DNA from: the human T2T-CHM13v2.0 reference genome, Homo sapiens
DNA: 64,000 bases
Reading direction: 5' to 3' (one strand)
NCBI RefSeq assembly: GCF_009914755.1
Contig: NC_060935.1
Shown here: positions 1-12,246 of the stretch, piece by piece
Position numbering within the stretch: the first letter of the stretch is position 1
Layout: each line of letters starts with the position of its first letter
The notes under the pieces: model-generated
Seen by the model: only the letters and a program-made list of their open reading frames with translations
What the model was told of the DNA's origin: nothing
Database searches by the model: none
Translations under genes and position numbers: made by a program

Positions 1-306
1 TTAAGACCCTGACGCATCCATGGTATCAAACCAGACACCTCAACTGGTCCTGGTTTACAGGACTCTCTGGAGTTTACAGGTTGGTGGCAGCATTGACTCT
101 TCCCTTCCCCGCACCACTTCATTTAAAAACCTCAGCCCCAGTGTTTTAAAGTTTCTCCGTTAATCAAATGTATATATCCTCAGGCAAATAGGATGGCCAG
201 TAAATCCCTCTATTTTTCCAGAACTCCTGAGGCAGGCACTCAGTTAGAACACACCTGCTGGGATTCTTACTACCCAAAAAAACAATTAGAAAACTTTTAA
301 ACTCAC

Positions 307-369
307 AAGGAAGAAAATGCCAAAATTTGAATCTTGCTGAATGTCTTTGCAACTCTCTCCCATTTTTTG
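307..369 (-). pseudogene. Candidate pseudo-exon, 63 nt (KNGRELQRHSARFKFWHFLP)
   Basis: Canonical GTGAGT donor (301-306); acceptor reads TTTTGCAC (AG>AC) after a CTAAT branch-like motif. QRHSARFK aligns with EKHLANFK of 3213-3244. Confidence 0.4.
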
Positions 370-725
370 GTGCAAAATATGAATGTAATTAGTAATTTGT
401 GTTTGAAGTTTCTCTTTGTCTATGTAAAGCTTCAGCTCAAAATATTTTAGTATCTGCTCTTTCCTTCAGCAATGTTAAATGAAGCATTGCAAATTCAGCT
501 TTATATACAATTATTTTTTGAAAAACAAATCCTAAAAGAATATTTAAATTTAATTTCATAAAGAAACCAAATTTACCACATTTCCATTTTGTAATTATTT
601 CCCTTTGTTTTCAAGCAGTTATGGCCATGAATGGTTGTTTTCTTCATAGTAATATTTCTTTTCTGGCATTTGAAGAAAGGATACTTAGCTTTCAAATTAA
701 TAGTGTTCTTTTACACTATTCTTAC

Positions 726-738
726 CTATTTGGAAACC
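726..738 (-). pseudogene. 13-nt micro-exon, copy 1 (GGTTTCCAAATAG)
   Basis: catcatAG|GGTTTCCAAATAG|GTAAGAatag; paralog of 4061-4074 including ~50 nt of flanking intron; 1 nt shorter (frameshifted). Confidence 0.5.
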
Positions 739-1344
739 CTATGATGCACAGACACTTACAAAATTTGGAAAAAGACCACATTTCCATTTGAAAAAATTGG
801 AAAATAATTACAAGAACTGTCACTGAATTTTTGGCTAACAAAATACAGCGAAATAGAATAGGCAAATGTCAATAAGTGAGTGCATTTAATGTAAATGAAT
901 TATTTGCTATAACAATGATGCAAATTTATTCTCATGACTACTTCTTGCTCCAGAGCGACTCCTTAGTGTTAAGAAGTTAGGACTAGTAATAGGCCAAATG
1001 AGGTGTGGGTAGTACTTTACTTTATCTTAGAAGTGGCAGAGCTGACACTGACCTGAGCGAATGACATTAGCTTTCTCTTAATCCTTGGGTGCATTGATGT
1101 ATTTTCCAGCCCTTCTTTGTGTCTCTCTTGAAGTGTGCCCCTTCCTTCGCACAAGCCCCTTGGGCCTCCTGAAAACATATAAACTCAAATATGTGCATCC
1201 CTCCTATAATTAACCACACCTCTCTGAAGTCCTCTGCACTGGAATAATTACCTCGTGTTCATCTCTGTCACATGAAATTTCAACCCAATACCTGAAGGAG
1301 CCAGACAGCAGCTTGTTCTACCTATAATTCCTTGATCAAAGTAT

Positions 1345-1460
1345 TAATGCCTCTGAACTTGTTTTCATATATTTAAATTAATGATGATAATACTTATTTC
1401 ATACTGCTTCTGTGAAGACTAAGTAGGTTAATATATGGGTAAACCCTACTATGGTGCTAC
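1345..1460 (+). mobile_element. MIR SINE fragment
   Basis: ctctgaacttgttttcatat...gataatacttatttcatactgcttctgtgaagactaag matches the MIR core. Confidence 0.6.
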
Positions 1461-1789
1461 TAACCTCTAAACTCTAAACTAGAGAAAGCTGCATTTCTAC
1501 ACACCCTTCAGAACCCTGGTCTTGAGTAAGATTTAGGGTATTTACTTTACTTTTACCCCAGTCCAGCCAAAGATGCTGTAAAATTAATGGTGACAATGGC
1601 TATATTGAAATGTGGGGTGCCAATCCTATTGACCACAGGCACTGCCTCTTTGTGGGAGGAATTATTTTCAAAGATCAAGGTTCCTGGAGTTTAACTAACA
1701 GAGAACCACTTAGCATTGATCTTTCTATGTCTTTATTCTGTTCAGAACATTATAGAAAAGACTTATATTTTTAAAAGAGTCTCTTTTGT

Positions 1790-2735
1790 GCATATATTGC
1801 TGTGTAAAAAAAAACTAATTTCCATATATAGCAGTTCAAAATAACAAAGGTTCAAAAGCAGAAGTTTTGTTTTTGAGCCAGAAAACAAAAACAGCTTAAC
1901 TGAGGGTCTCTGTCCCAAGGTCTCTCATAAGCTTATGAGGTTGTATTTGAGCCATAAGCTGGAACTGTTGTTTCATCTGAAGTCTTGATGGGGAAAGTGT
2001 TTAAGGAAATTTATTTCTAATCTGCATACAGTTGTTGAGAAGCCTTGGTCTCTCTCCATGACAGCCTCTTCACAAAACATGGCAGCTGAATTTTCCCAGG
2101 GCAAGTGATTTAAGAGAGAGTGAGTGCTATGGTTTGAATATTTGTCCCCTCCATAACTCATGTTTAAATTTAACCTCCAGTGTGGCAGTATTGAGAGGTT
2201 GGGCCTTTAAGAGGTTATTGGGTCAAAGGGCTCTTTCCCTCATGAATGAATTAATTTACCTATAGATTAATGGATTAATGGGTTAATGGATTCATGAGTA
2301 TTATGCGAGTGGAACTACTGGCTTTATAAGAAGAGAGGCTTGAATCAGTGTGCTCAGCTCCCTCGCCATGTGACGTCTTGTGCTGCCTCAGGACTCTTCA
2401 GAGAGTCCTCACCAGCAAGAAGGCCCTTTGCCAGATATGGCCCCTCAACCTTGGACTTCTCAGCCTCCATAACTGTAGAAAATAAATTTATTTTCTTTAT
2501 AAATTACTTAGTTTTAGGTATTGTGCTTTAAGCAGAAGAAAATAGACTAAGACCACGAAAGAGTCCACAAGATAGAAGCACAGTCTTTTTTATAACCTAA
2601 TCTCAGAAGCAACATTCCATTACTACTGCCATATTCTTTTCATTAGAAGTAAGACCCTCAATTCATCCCACACTCAAGGAGAGGTAATTACAAAGAGAAT
2701 AAATACCAGTATATGGGGATCCACTTAGTCACAGA
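1790..2735 (-). mobile_element. MLT1 (MLT1F-like) MaLR LTR, split by an MST LTR
   Basis: attgctgtgtaa...aacatggcagctg...cccagggcaagtgat, resuming after 2555 with ttttataacctaatctcagaag...cccacactcaaggagagg. Confidence 0.7.
2125..2554 (+). mobile_element. MST (MSTD-like) MaLR solo LTR
   Basis: Starts tgctatggtttgaat, contains gattaatggattaatgggttaatgg, ends aatagactaagac. Confidence 0.85.
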
Positions 2736-3212
2736 CATAATCATTTATGTCTCAAAGAAAGGCTGGATGACTCCTCTCTGGCAGTGACCAATTTGTTGAG
2801 TTTCTCGACTGTGAGAGTGCTGCTGCTTTCTCTCTCCCTTCTTTACCAAGTTTAGAGGAACTGGAAACCCATCACCCTTTAAGAAAGTTTATATCTGACA
2901 AGTATGTCACAATGCTTCAGATCATGTTTATAACCCATGCCTACTTGGTACAATTTCATGATGTGACTTTGTGAAAAAAGCAAATAAATAATATTCTCTA
3001 AAAGATCCATTGTCACTGGTATTTCTGTTCAAATTCTACTCTTGGCCAAGCTAATGCAATATAGTTAGAATGTCGCACATTCTCTGATTGTCCTGGTATT
3101 TATAAGTCTTCCAACCAAAGCATGAATATTTCCATAAGCATTAGTTCAGTCCTCTGGAAAGCCATTTGGGCCAAAATGGAATACACCAGTGTATTAAATT
3201 TGGAGGTGTTAC

Positions 3213-3244
3213 CCTTGAAGTTTGCTAAATGTTTCTCTTGTGAT
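3213..3244 (-). pseudogene. Candidate pseudo-exon, 32 nt (SQEKHLANFK)
   Basis: taactccttcAG|ATCACAAG...TTCAAGG|GTAACA; phase matches the preceding TM exon. Confidence 0.5.
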
Positions 3245-3490
3245 CTGAAGGAGTTAATATGACACACATGGCTTAATTTGTAATGAGGATGGTAATTGAG
3301 CACTGAACATAATAAAGCACTTTATATTGGTGTCCTACTGAGATCTGGTTTATAGTCTTTGGAAACAATGCATAAACATAAAATGACTTTTTTCTTTTGT
3401 GCCTGGAAAACTAGAAATTACATTTAAATACCACTAGAACGCAAAGATTATCAGCCAAAGGAACACACTATCAATTTGAAAGCTAAGTAT

Positions 3491-3627
3491 CTTTTCTTCA
3501 AATGCCAGAAAAGACACATAACTATGAAAAAACAAAAAATCATGGCCATAAAGACAATTGAAGAAACAACAATTTTCAAACTGCATTAAATGGGGCCTTG
3601 GGATTCCCTATAAGTGCTCCCAGAGAC
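3491..3627 (-). pseudogene. Candidate transmembrane pseudo-exon, 137 nt
   Basis: Strong acceptor ttcccctttcccttgtctgtAG; encodes a 23-residue hydrophobic run IVVSSIVFMAMIFCFFIVMCLFW followed by basic HLKKR; one in-frame TAA; donor position reads AT rather than GT. Confidence 0.55.
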
Positions 3628-3749
3628 CTACAGACAAGGGAAAGGGGAAGCCAACTGGACAAGGCTCTGAGCTCTCCTGAGTCGGGCTCCCACTCCACTC
3701 AAGGTAGCTGTGCCTTGATCTGTTTCACAAATAGGATTAGTTTACAATG

Positions 3750-3930
3750 TTATGCAAAAATCGAAAATATCCAGCACTGGCAAACATGAGAAGTGAGATC
3801 TTATGCACGCATTGTAGGTAAGCATGCTAAATACTGCAACAGCTTTAGATGGTACTCTATCTATAGAGTCTATCAAAATTTAACTCTGAATACTTTTGCC
3901 CCAGAGAGTCTACATCTAAAGTACTACAAT
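3750..3930 (+). mobile_element. Old L1M fragment (ORF2 3' part)
   Basis: aatatccagcactggcaaacatgag...cattgtaggtaagcatgctaaatactgcaac, degenerate L1 ORF2 end. Confidence 0.5.
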
Positions 3931-4060
3931 GGGCTAATAGACAGATCCTGTGCAGCATAAACTCAAGCAGAATAATACATTTAATAGGATAATTAACACC
4001 TTCTGGCTTTGGGATAATAATATAGCCCCCGACTGATTTAATGAATTAAACTATTCTTAC

Positions 4061-4074
4061 CCTATTTTGAAACC
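4061..4074 (-). pseudogene. 14-nt micro-exon, copy 2 (GGTTTCAAAATAGG)
   Basis: Poly-T tract then atcatAG|GGTTTCAAAATAGG|GTAAGAatag; both splice sites canonical. Confidence 0.55.
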
Positions 4075-4137
4075 CTATGATATACAGGCATTAAGAAAAT
4101 TTGAAAAAAAAAAAAAAAAGACCACATGCAGGACAAT

Positions 4138-4285
4138 GTTTACCTCTCACTGGACAATAATTTTTTAGTTTCTGTAAAAGGGTCCATAGTTTGTATTTTC
4201 ATATCCAGCCAGCATGACCACAAACTGATACAGAGAAAGTGTCCAAAAGATGTTTGCTGAATAGTTAAATGACTAAGTGTTGAAT
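4138..4285 (+). mobile_element. L2 3' end fragment
   Basis: aagtgtccaaaagatgtttgctgaatagttaaatga resembles the L2 tail. Confidence 0.5.
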
Positions 4286-4401
4286 AATATGTAAATACAT
4301 CAAGAAAAAGCAATAATAACTATCATTGCTTGACAGTATCACTGGAAATGGCTCCTTTCAGGAAAATCAAACAGCCACTTATTATATACTCTGTCACTTA
4401 T

Positions 4402-4505
4402 TTTCTACTCAGATGCACAAAAGAAAGAAACAAGAAATGTGTCATGGACAATGGTAAATTAAACAGATTGCTCCATGGCCATGGAAAAGACTGCAAGCTA
4501 TATAC
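4402..4505 (-). pseudogene. Candidate second TM-type pseudo-exon (VYSLQSFPWPWSNLFNLPLSMTHFLFLSFVHLSR)
   Basis: ctgtcatAG acceptor; shares gtcttt..atggccatg and tctttt..gcat.tga with 3491-3627; donor ATAAGT is non-canonical and the phase is off by 1. Confidence 0.3.
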
Positions 4506-4854
4506 CTATGACAGCAGCAACTCTAAAAGTATTTTTATTATCATGAGGGCAAGTACAATTTATTTGACATCTCCAGGTAATGGGAAAAAGTGCAGTGAGT
4601 TTTATATTGTCAGTTAGCTATCAAGTCACTAAAACAATAATTCTACTAAACATTTGCAGTGATAGCCTAGAGGAAAAGTATGCCTGATCTGAAACATAAT
4701 TTCCCTTGACAGTCTGTGTCACACCATGGTCTCATACCTTAGTGGACAAGATACAAAAATATAGCTTTTTTCATGTGTTCACAAAAGCAAAATCTATACT
4801 ACAATGCCATCTACACTGTACTTCTACCAAGAAGTAAAAAATAGTTTTAATACC

Positions 4855-4965
4855 CAAAGCATTATCTCAACAAGGGCAGGGAATATGTCTATTTATATTT
4901 CATATTCAATAGCTAGTATGTTATTTGACACATAGTAGATATCAACAAATATTTGTTGTTGGGTG
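4855..4965 (+). mobile_element. L2 3' end fragment
   Basis: aagggcagggaatatgtct...gacacatagtagatatcaacaaatatttgttg. Confidence 0.7.
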
Positions 4966-5079
4966 ATACTCCCAACAGTCACTATACACACCCTACTCAG
5001 TATCAGTTTTCTTTTCTACTCCACTCTCATCATTGGAAATGAGGGCCAAAATATCTTTAACAGCTATATCCAGGTATAA

Positions 5080-5487
<408 letters not shown>

Positions 5488-5499
5488 TGTCAAATCCCC

Positions 5500-6880
5500 T
5501 TCTTAACCACTTTCACACAAGTCCCAATGCCACTGCCACATCACCTGTCAAACTAGCAATTAGCTGATTTAAGAAGGGATGGGTCCCTGACCCAAAGGCA
5601 GTCAGTCCACAGATATCCCTTGGGCCATGAGGTGAGTTATAAAGGAAAGGTCTCTCCAGTAGGCAAGATGGTGAACACCTATACTGATTATATTCATCTC
5701 TGAGAGAGTTTGACCTTGAGATATATAGAATTCAGGACCTAGAAGTTAAACTATAACCCCCAGAATGTAGCAGAGACAAAGTGAGAAACTGTAGCACACC
5801 AAAGGAGGGAACATAGAACCCCAGCTGTGAGGGATCAACAAGAGTCTGCTCTCTAGAGCTGAGAGACTATTATAGCCCAACTCCATGGGGAAGTAAGTGA
5901 GCCCTACCTAGCAACTGAGGCACAAGGTTTATCAGTGTTCACTGTCTAGCCGAAGCTGCCACTGATCTCCCAAGACATCTTAACAATACTTGGTTTTGAC
6001 CTTGGTTACGCCCATTTCTCCAGCCTTGTATACTGTCCTTGTCCACAGAGCTTCTTTGATCAAGTCATGCAAGCCCCAGAAGCTTGTCTTATTGCCTTGA
6101 GCTGCCAGTCAGAGTGCAGGTCCAGTGATTCATTTTCTTCTAAGTCATTGCCAAAACTATTTTGCTTCTAATAAAAATGGTGGTGGCAATACCTGACATT
6201 TGCTGAGCATTTATTCTTTGCCCAGCCCATCTTTATCAGACTAAATTTTTCCAAGAGCCACAAGTAAGATTGGTCATTATCCTTATTGTACAAGTACACT
6301 AAGTCTTAGAAAACATAAGTAACTGGACCAAAAGGCAGGCCCTGGTCAAGGAGTCAAGATTTAAGCCAGGACTGCCAGATGCCTCGTCCTGAATATTTAG
6401 CTACTAAGTACATTGCCTTGAATTTATTATGTTCAAAGGATAAGGATATGAACCCTGGATATCCCAGGGAGAGTTAGGTACATGGAAGAACTTGGAAAAA
6501 TAGTTAGAAAATAGAGCCAGTAGTGCTCTGCAGGAGTGTAAGAAAGGATTGTGACTTAACTGAAACCAAGGACACTGCCACATTCTTAAGAATTAACTTA
6601 TTGCTATTCAAGGAGAATCTAAAGCCCCAATCATCCTAAAATGAATGAAAGGGACATAAAGCAAAGGCAATCAAGAGCAGCAGGATCCTGCAGCTCATGG
6701 GTCTGTTAAGATGACTTCCAGTTCCCCTGAGACCTACCTGTGCTGTATTGTCAACTTTCTGTAAAGGCTGTGGTAGAAGTTACTGTCCTCTTTATTCGTA
6801 TTGATGTCCTCACAACAAATTCCTATTACTTAAAGTAGCATGAGTGTGGCTTAGCTTCTTGAAATCTAAAAACAAAACAA
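5500..6880 (+). mobile_element. Ancient ERV LTR remnants (LTR78/79-like), interrupted by MIR
   Basis: cctgacccaaaggcagtcagtcc motif near 5590; LTR-type end caaattcctattacttaaagtagcatgagtgtggc...cttgaaatc near 6815-6870. Confidence 0.4.
6180..6420 (-). mobile_element. MIR SINE
   Basis: acatttgctgagcattta...cattatccttattgtaca...aagtaactggaccaa...gatttaagccagg. Confidence 0.7.
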
Positions 6881-6997
6881 ACAAAAACTCCAACTAAAAC
6901 ATATGTTATTGCAAGGAAAGGCATTCATCCTTTGTTTCCTTCTGCTAAAGAATGAATAATAGAGCTAAGAAGACAGACAGATGATGCACATAACAAT

Positions 6998-7875
<878 letters not shown>

Positions 7876-7889
7876 TCAGGTTAGTGAAC

Positions 7890-9030
7890 AGCCAAAAAGT
7901 ACCAAAATTGAATCAAGAAGAAATAGAAACTATGAATACACCTATAATGAATAAAGAGATTGAATTAGTAATCTAAAAATTTCCCACAATAAAATGTTCA
8001 GGCCCAGATGGCTTCACTACTGAATCTACTAAACATTTTTCAAAAATTAACACTAATCCTCCATAAAATCTTCCAAAAAGTAGAAGTGGAAGTAGCACTT
8101 CTAAACTTATTCTATTATATGAAGTCAGTATTACTTTGATAGCAAAGCCAGACAAAGATATCACAAGAAAACTAAAAATCAACATATCTTATCAATATAG
8201 ATGCAAAATTCCTCAAAATACTAGCAATGCCAATCCAACTATATATAAAAAGAATTGTAAAACATGACCATGTAGAATTTATCCTAGGAATGAACAGTGG
8301 GTTTAGCATCTGAAAGTCAATCAATACAAAAGACTACTAATAGAATAAAGAACAGAAACCACATGATCACCACAATAGATGCAGCAACAGCATTTGACAA
8401 AAATCCAACAACCTTTAATGATAAAACACTCAACAAACTTGGAATAGAAGAGAACTTTCCCAATCTTATAAAGTGCATCCATAAATGCAGCTAATATCAT
8501 TATACTTCATGGTGAAAAACAATGATGTTATCCTCTTAAGATCAGGAACAAAATAAAGAGTATCTGTTCTCCCCACTTCTCTTCAACATTGTCCTGAAAG
8601 TTCTAGCCAGGGTAATTAGATAAGAGAAAGAAATGAAAAGCATTCAGACTGGAAATGAAGAAGTAGAACCATCTCTATTTGCAAAGCCATTATTGTACAC
8701 ATGAAAATTTCTAAGGAATTTACTAAAAACAAATTATTAGAACTAATAAACTAGCTCAGAAACATTGCAGTGTACAGGATCAATACACAAAAGTCAATTA
8801 TATTTATTTCTATATATCAGCAATGAATACTTAGAAATGAAATTAAGATTACAATTACATTTATAATAGCATCAAAAAGGATAAAATACCTAGGAATAAA
8901 TTTAGGTAAAGAAGTGCAAGACTTATGTGCTGAAAGCCACAAAACATTGTTAAAATAAATTAAGGAAGATCTAAATAAATACAAAGAAATCCCACGTTTA
9001 TGAATGAGAAGACTTTATATTGTTAAAATT
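7890..9030 (+). mobile_element. L1M ORF2 fragment
   Basis: caagaagaaatagaaactatgaat...ggcccagatggcttcac...gcatttgacaaaaatccaac; ORF track NRIKNRNHMITTIDAATAFDK. Confidence 0.9.
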
Positions 9031-9047
9031 ATAATTGACAGATTCAA

Positions 9048-9795
9048 ATCTTGCCCAAATTCCTACCTAGAGGGTCTAGGGAGTCATGCCCTACAAACCA
9101 CAAATTCTCATCAGATGGGTTTTATTTGACCCTACATATTGTGACTTACTTTTCAATCTGACTCTGGCATAACATTATGAGACAAGGGAAAAAAATATTT
9201 AACCCCAAAATATATTTCCTTGCCATACCTTGAGCTTGCCCTGCAAAGTCTCTTATGGGAGAAATCCACATTCTCTGGAGAATCCCCTTCTCCCTTTGTT
9301 TTCTTTCCTTTCTTTTCCAGATCCAGGAGATAATCAACGAAGAGCCAGGCATCCTTTTAGGTCCCATGAGAAACATTTTACAACCTGCTCTCTCTCTGAA
9401 GTTTGCTATCTGAGAGGTTCCCCTGAACAATAAAACTTGGTCTCCACAACCCTTTATTTTAACCTGAACATACCTTTCCATTGATCCCAGGTCTTCAGAT
9501 AAACTCAACCAATTGTCAAGCAGAAAATGTTCAAATTTACCTGTAGCCTGGAAGCCCCCCCGCCACCCGCTTTGAGTTGTCCTGCCTTTCTGAACCAAAC
9601 CAATGTATTTCTTAAATGTATTTGATTGATGTCTCATGCCTCCCTAAATTATACAAAACCAAGCTGTACCACGACCACCTTGGGCACATGTTCTCAGAAC
9701 CTCCTGAGGACTGTGTCACAGGCCATGGTCACTCATATTTGACTCAGAATAAATCTCTTCAAAATATGTTACAGAGTTTGACTGTTTTTGTCAAC
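9048..9795 (+). mobile_element. MER4-family ERV1 LTR (MER4D/E-like)
   Basis: gggtctagggagtcatgccctacaaacc...ccttgggcacatgttctcagaacctcctgagg...cagagtttgactgtttttgtcaaca. Confidence 0.85.
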
Positions 9796-10478
9796 ATAAG
9801 TGACCAATAAATGTGAGCTCCATTCTCCTCTTCCCAGAGATGTGTCTTAAATTTATACTAATCTATGACATTTTTTCTATGTCATTGGAAAACATTTTTT
9901 CTATGTCTTTTTTTGGCGATCTCACTCTCTTTATATAAAATAAGTGCCCCCTGTAAAATCTCCCCATGTTATCTGTGTTGTTCCCGTGCACTGATAGATC
10001 TATCTCTGTTCTTCCTCTTGTCTAGAACCATGTTTCCCTAAGTGCTTTTTACTGATGAAAAGGCCAAGAGGTGACCATGTGAATATGGGCCAAGAAATGT
10101 TAACTTCTGGTTCTGTGAGAAGACAGCATTTGACTCCTTTCCAAAACAACCCCATCTGTGGAGAGCATCAAATGTTAGCGGACTGCTTTGCTGTGCTTAA
10201 AGTATTTCTGGCAGTCTTGGTGGGAGAAAGAAAACATTTCTTCTCTGAAGAAGAATGGTTATCTCCATTTACACTCAGATTGTTAGGTTATCTCCAATCT
10301 GAGTTGACAAAGGGAAAAGACAGAAATATGTAGTTTTTAATAATTACTTTTAACTTCCATGTACTAATCAAAGATCAGTTTTGATAATTGTACCTTGTCC
10401 TATCTAAAATTCCTTTCATATTAATGGGACATAACATATTAATTTATTGTTATAAATGGCAGTATTTTATCATCTCAT

Positions 10479-10481
<3 letters not shown>

Positions 10482-10517
<36 letters not shown>
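10482..10517 (+). repeat. (TG)n microsatellite
   Basis: ~17 TG units. Confidence 0.95.
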
Positions 10518-10520
<3 letters not shown>

Positions 10521-10864
10521 ATACCCATAGTACCTTTATTCACAACAACCACAAACTGGAAGTAACTGAAATGTCCACCAACATGTGAATGACCAAACAA
10601 AATGTGACATATTCATGCAATATACTACTACTCAGAAACAAATTGCGTGACGTTTTATTGTTCTTATACACTAGAAATTTTCTTTATAAAATCTTCACTT
10701 TTTTGAAAGTAGTTTATGATTTTTGCTATTGTAAGCTACTCTTCTTCTAGGGGTATTTTTGCATGAATAGTCACAAGGATTCTCGATTATAGAAGTGTCT
10801 CTTCTAGAAAGTTCTATTTATCTTGCACAAGGGCTCCAAAGGTTTCACTGGTCCCAGACTGGTA

Positions 10865-11660
10865 ATTTTAAAATATCTTTACTAAGGTATAATTGACAAA
10901 AATAAAATTTATATGATTAAAGTTTATAATTTGATCAATGTTGACATTTGGAGGTAAAATATGACCAAAGAAAAAGAAAAAAAAATTGAAATATATATGC
11001 ACCCATGAAAATATCATTGCAATACAAAATTAACGTATTTATTACCCAAAAGAGTATTTGTGCCACTTTGTCATTCCTCTCTCCTGACCCACACACAACC
11101 CCACATTCCGAGGCAACCACCGATCTGCCTTCTGCCACTACAAATTAGTTTGCATTTTATAGATTCTTGCACAAATAAAATCATGACTAAGTACTCATGG
11201 TTGATTTGCTTCTTTCGTTGAACTACAATTGTTTTAAAATTAATCCATGCTGTTAATACTTATGGACAGTTTCTTTTTGGTGCTGAGTAGTATAACATTG
11301 CATGAATGTACTACCATTTATCAATTCACCTTCTTGTGGACACTTGGAGTTGTTTCCAGTTTGGGGATATTACAATTAAAGCTCCTATGATTATTCTTGT
11401 ATAAGTCTTTGCATGGACATAAGCTTTCATTTTTCTTGGGAAAATGCCTAAGCACGGAATGTTGGGATAATATGGAAAACATAAACTAATTTCTAGAATA
11501 GTTGTACAATTTTACATTCTTACTAACAGTGTATGAGAGTTCCAACTCATCCACTTACTCATCAGTGCTTGATATAGATAGTCTTCTTAATTTTAGCCAT
11601 TCTAATAAGTATATAGTGGTTTCTCACTGTGGTTTTAATTTGCATTTCCCAACGACTAAC
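10865..11660 (-). mobile_element. L1M (MB/MC-type) 3' end
   Basis: aggtataattgaca...aggcaaccaccgatctg...gttgtttccagtttggggatatt...tttaatttgcatttccc. Confidence 0.85.
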
Positions 11661-11820
11661 TATAGGGTGCATCCTAAGACTATGGCCTCAGGAACACTCT
11701 CGTGCAAGTCCACACTCAGCCTCCAGGAATTCACTGAAATTACCATGGAATTGTTGCTACCAGAGTTTATGGCTCTAGTGGTTTCTGCTCCAGTTAAGCA
11801 GATTTTGGGTTCTCTATCTT

Positions 11821-12246
11821 TGTGCCTTAGTCCATTTGCATTGCTATACAGGAATACCTGAGACTGGGTCATTTTATAAGGAAAAGTGGTTTCTGTGGCT
11901 CATTGTTCTGTGGGCTGTACAAGAAGCATGGTGCTTCACATTTGGTTCTGGTGAGGGTCTAAGGAAACTTCTACTCATGGTAGAAGGTGAAGGGATGCAG
12001 GCATCACATGGTGAGAGAGGGTGCAAGCTGGGAAGGGGGCAGTGCCAGGCTCATTTTAACAACCAGGACCCACCGTCAGGGAACTAATAAAGCAAGAACT
12101 GACTTATTACCACGAGGATGTCACCAAGCCATTCATGAGGAAATTGTCCCCCATGACCCAAATACTTCTCAGTAGACCCCACCTCCAACATTGGGGATCA
12201 AATTTCAATATTCAATTTGGAGGGGATAAATATCTAAACTATATTA
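11821..12246 (-). mobile_element. MSTB-like MaLR solo LTR
   Basis: cttagtccatttgcattgctata..gaatacctgagactgggt...cccacctccaacattggggatcaaatttcaa...aaactatatta. Confidence 0.85.

Larger units (their letters stand above)
307..4505 (-). pseudogene. Decayed multi-exon membrane-protein gene remnant (duplicated micro-exon/TM-exon cassette); Skint/butyrophilin-like architecture inferred
   Basis: Phase-compatible chain 4061-4074 (1>0), 3491-3627 (0>2), 3213-3244 (2>1) translates xFQNR|VSGSTYRESQGPI*CSLKIVVSSIVFMAMIFCFFIVMCLFWHLKKR|SQEKHLANFK. Paralogous pieces lie at 726-738, ~620-712 (inverted) and 307-369. An in-frame stop and degenerate splice sites indicate a pseudogene. Confidence 0.55.

Noticed and set aside
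6597-6737. Minus-strand hydrophobic stretch (MSCRILLLLIAFAL) whose start resembles the 3627 exon
   Set aside because: Lies in probable old LTR sequence; weak acceptor, several stops, non-canonical donor.
9146-9637. 163-aa ORF
   Set aside because: Antisense reading of the MER4-family LTR with no recognisable domain.
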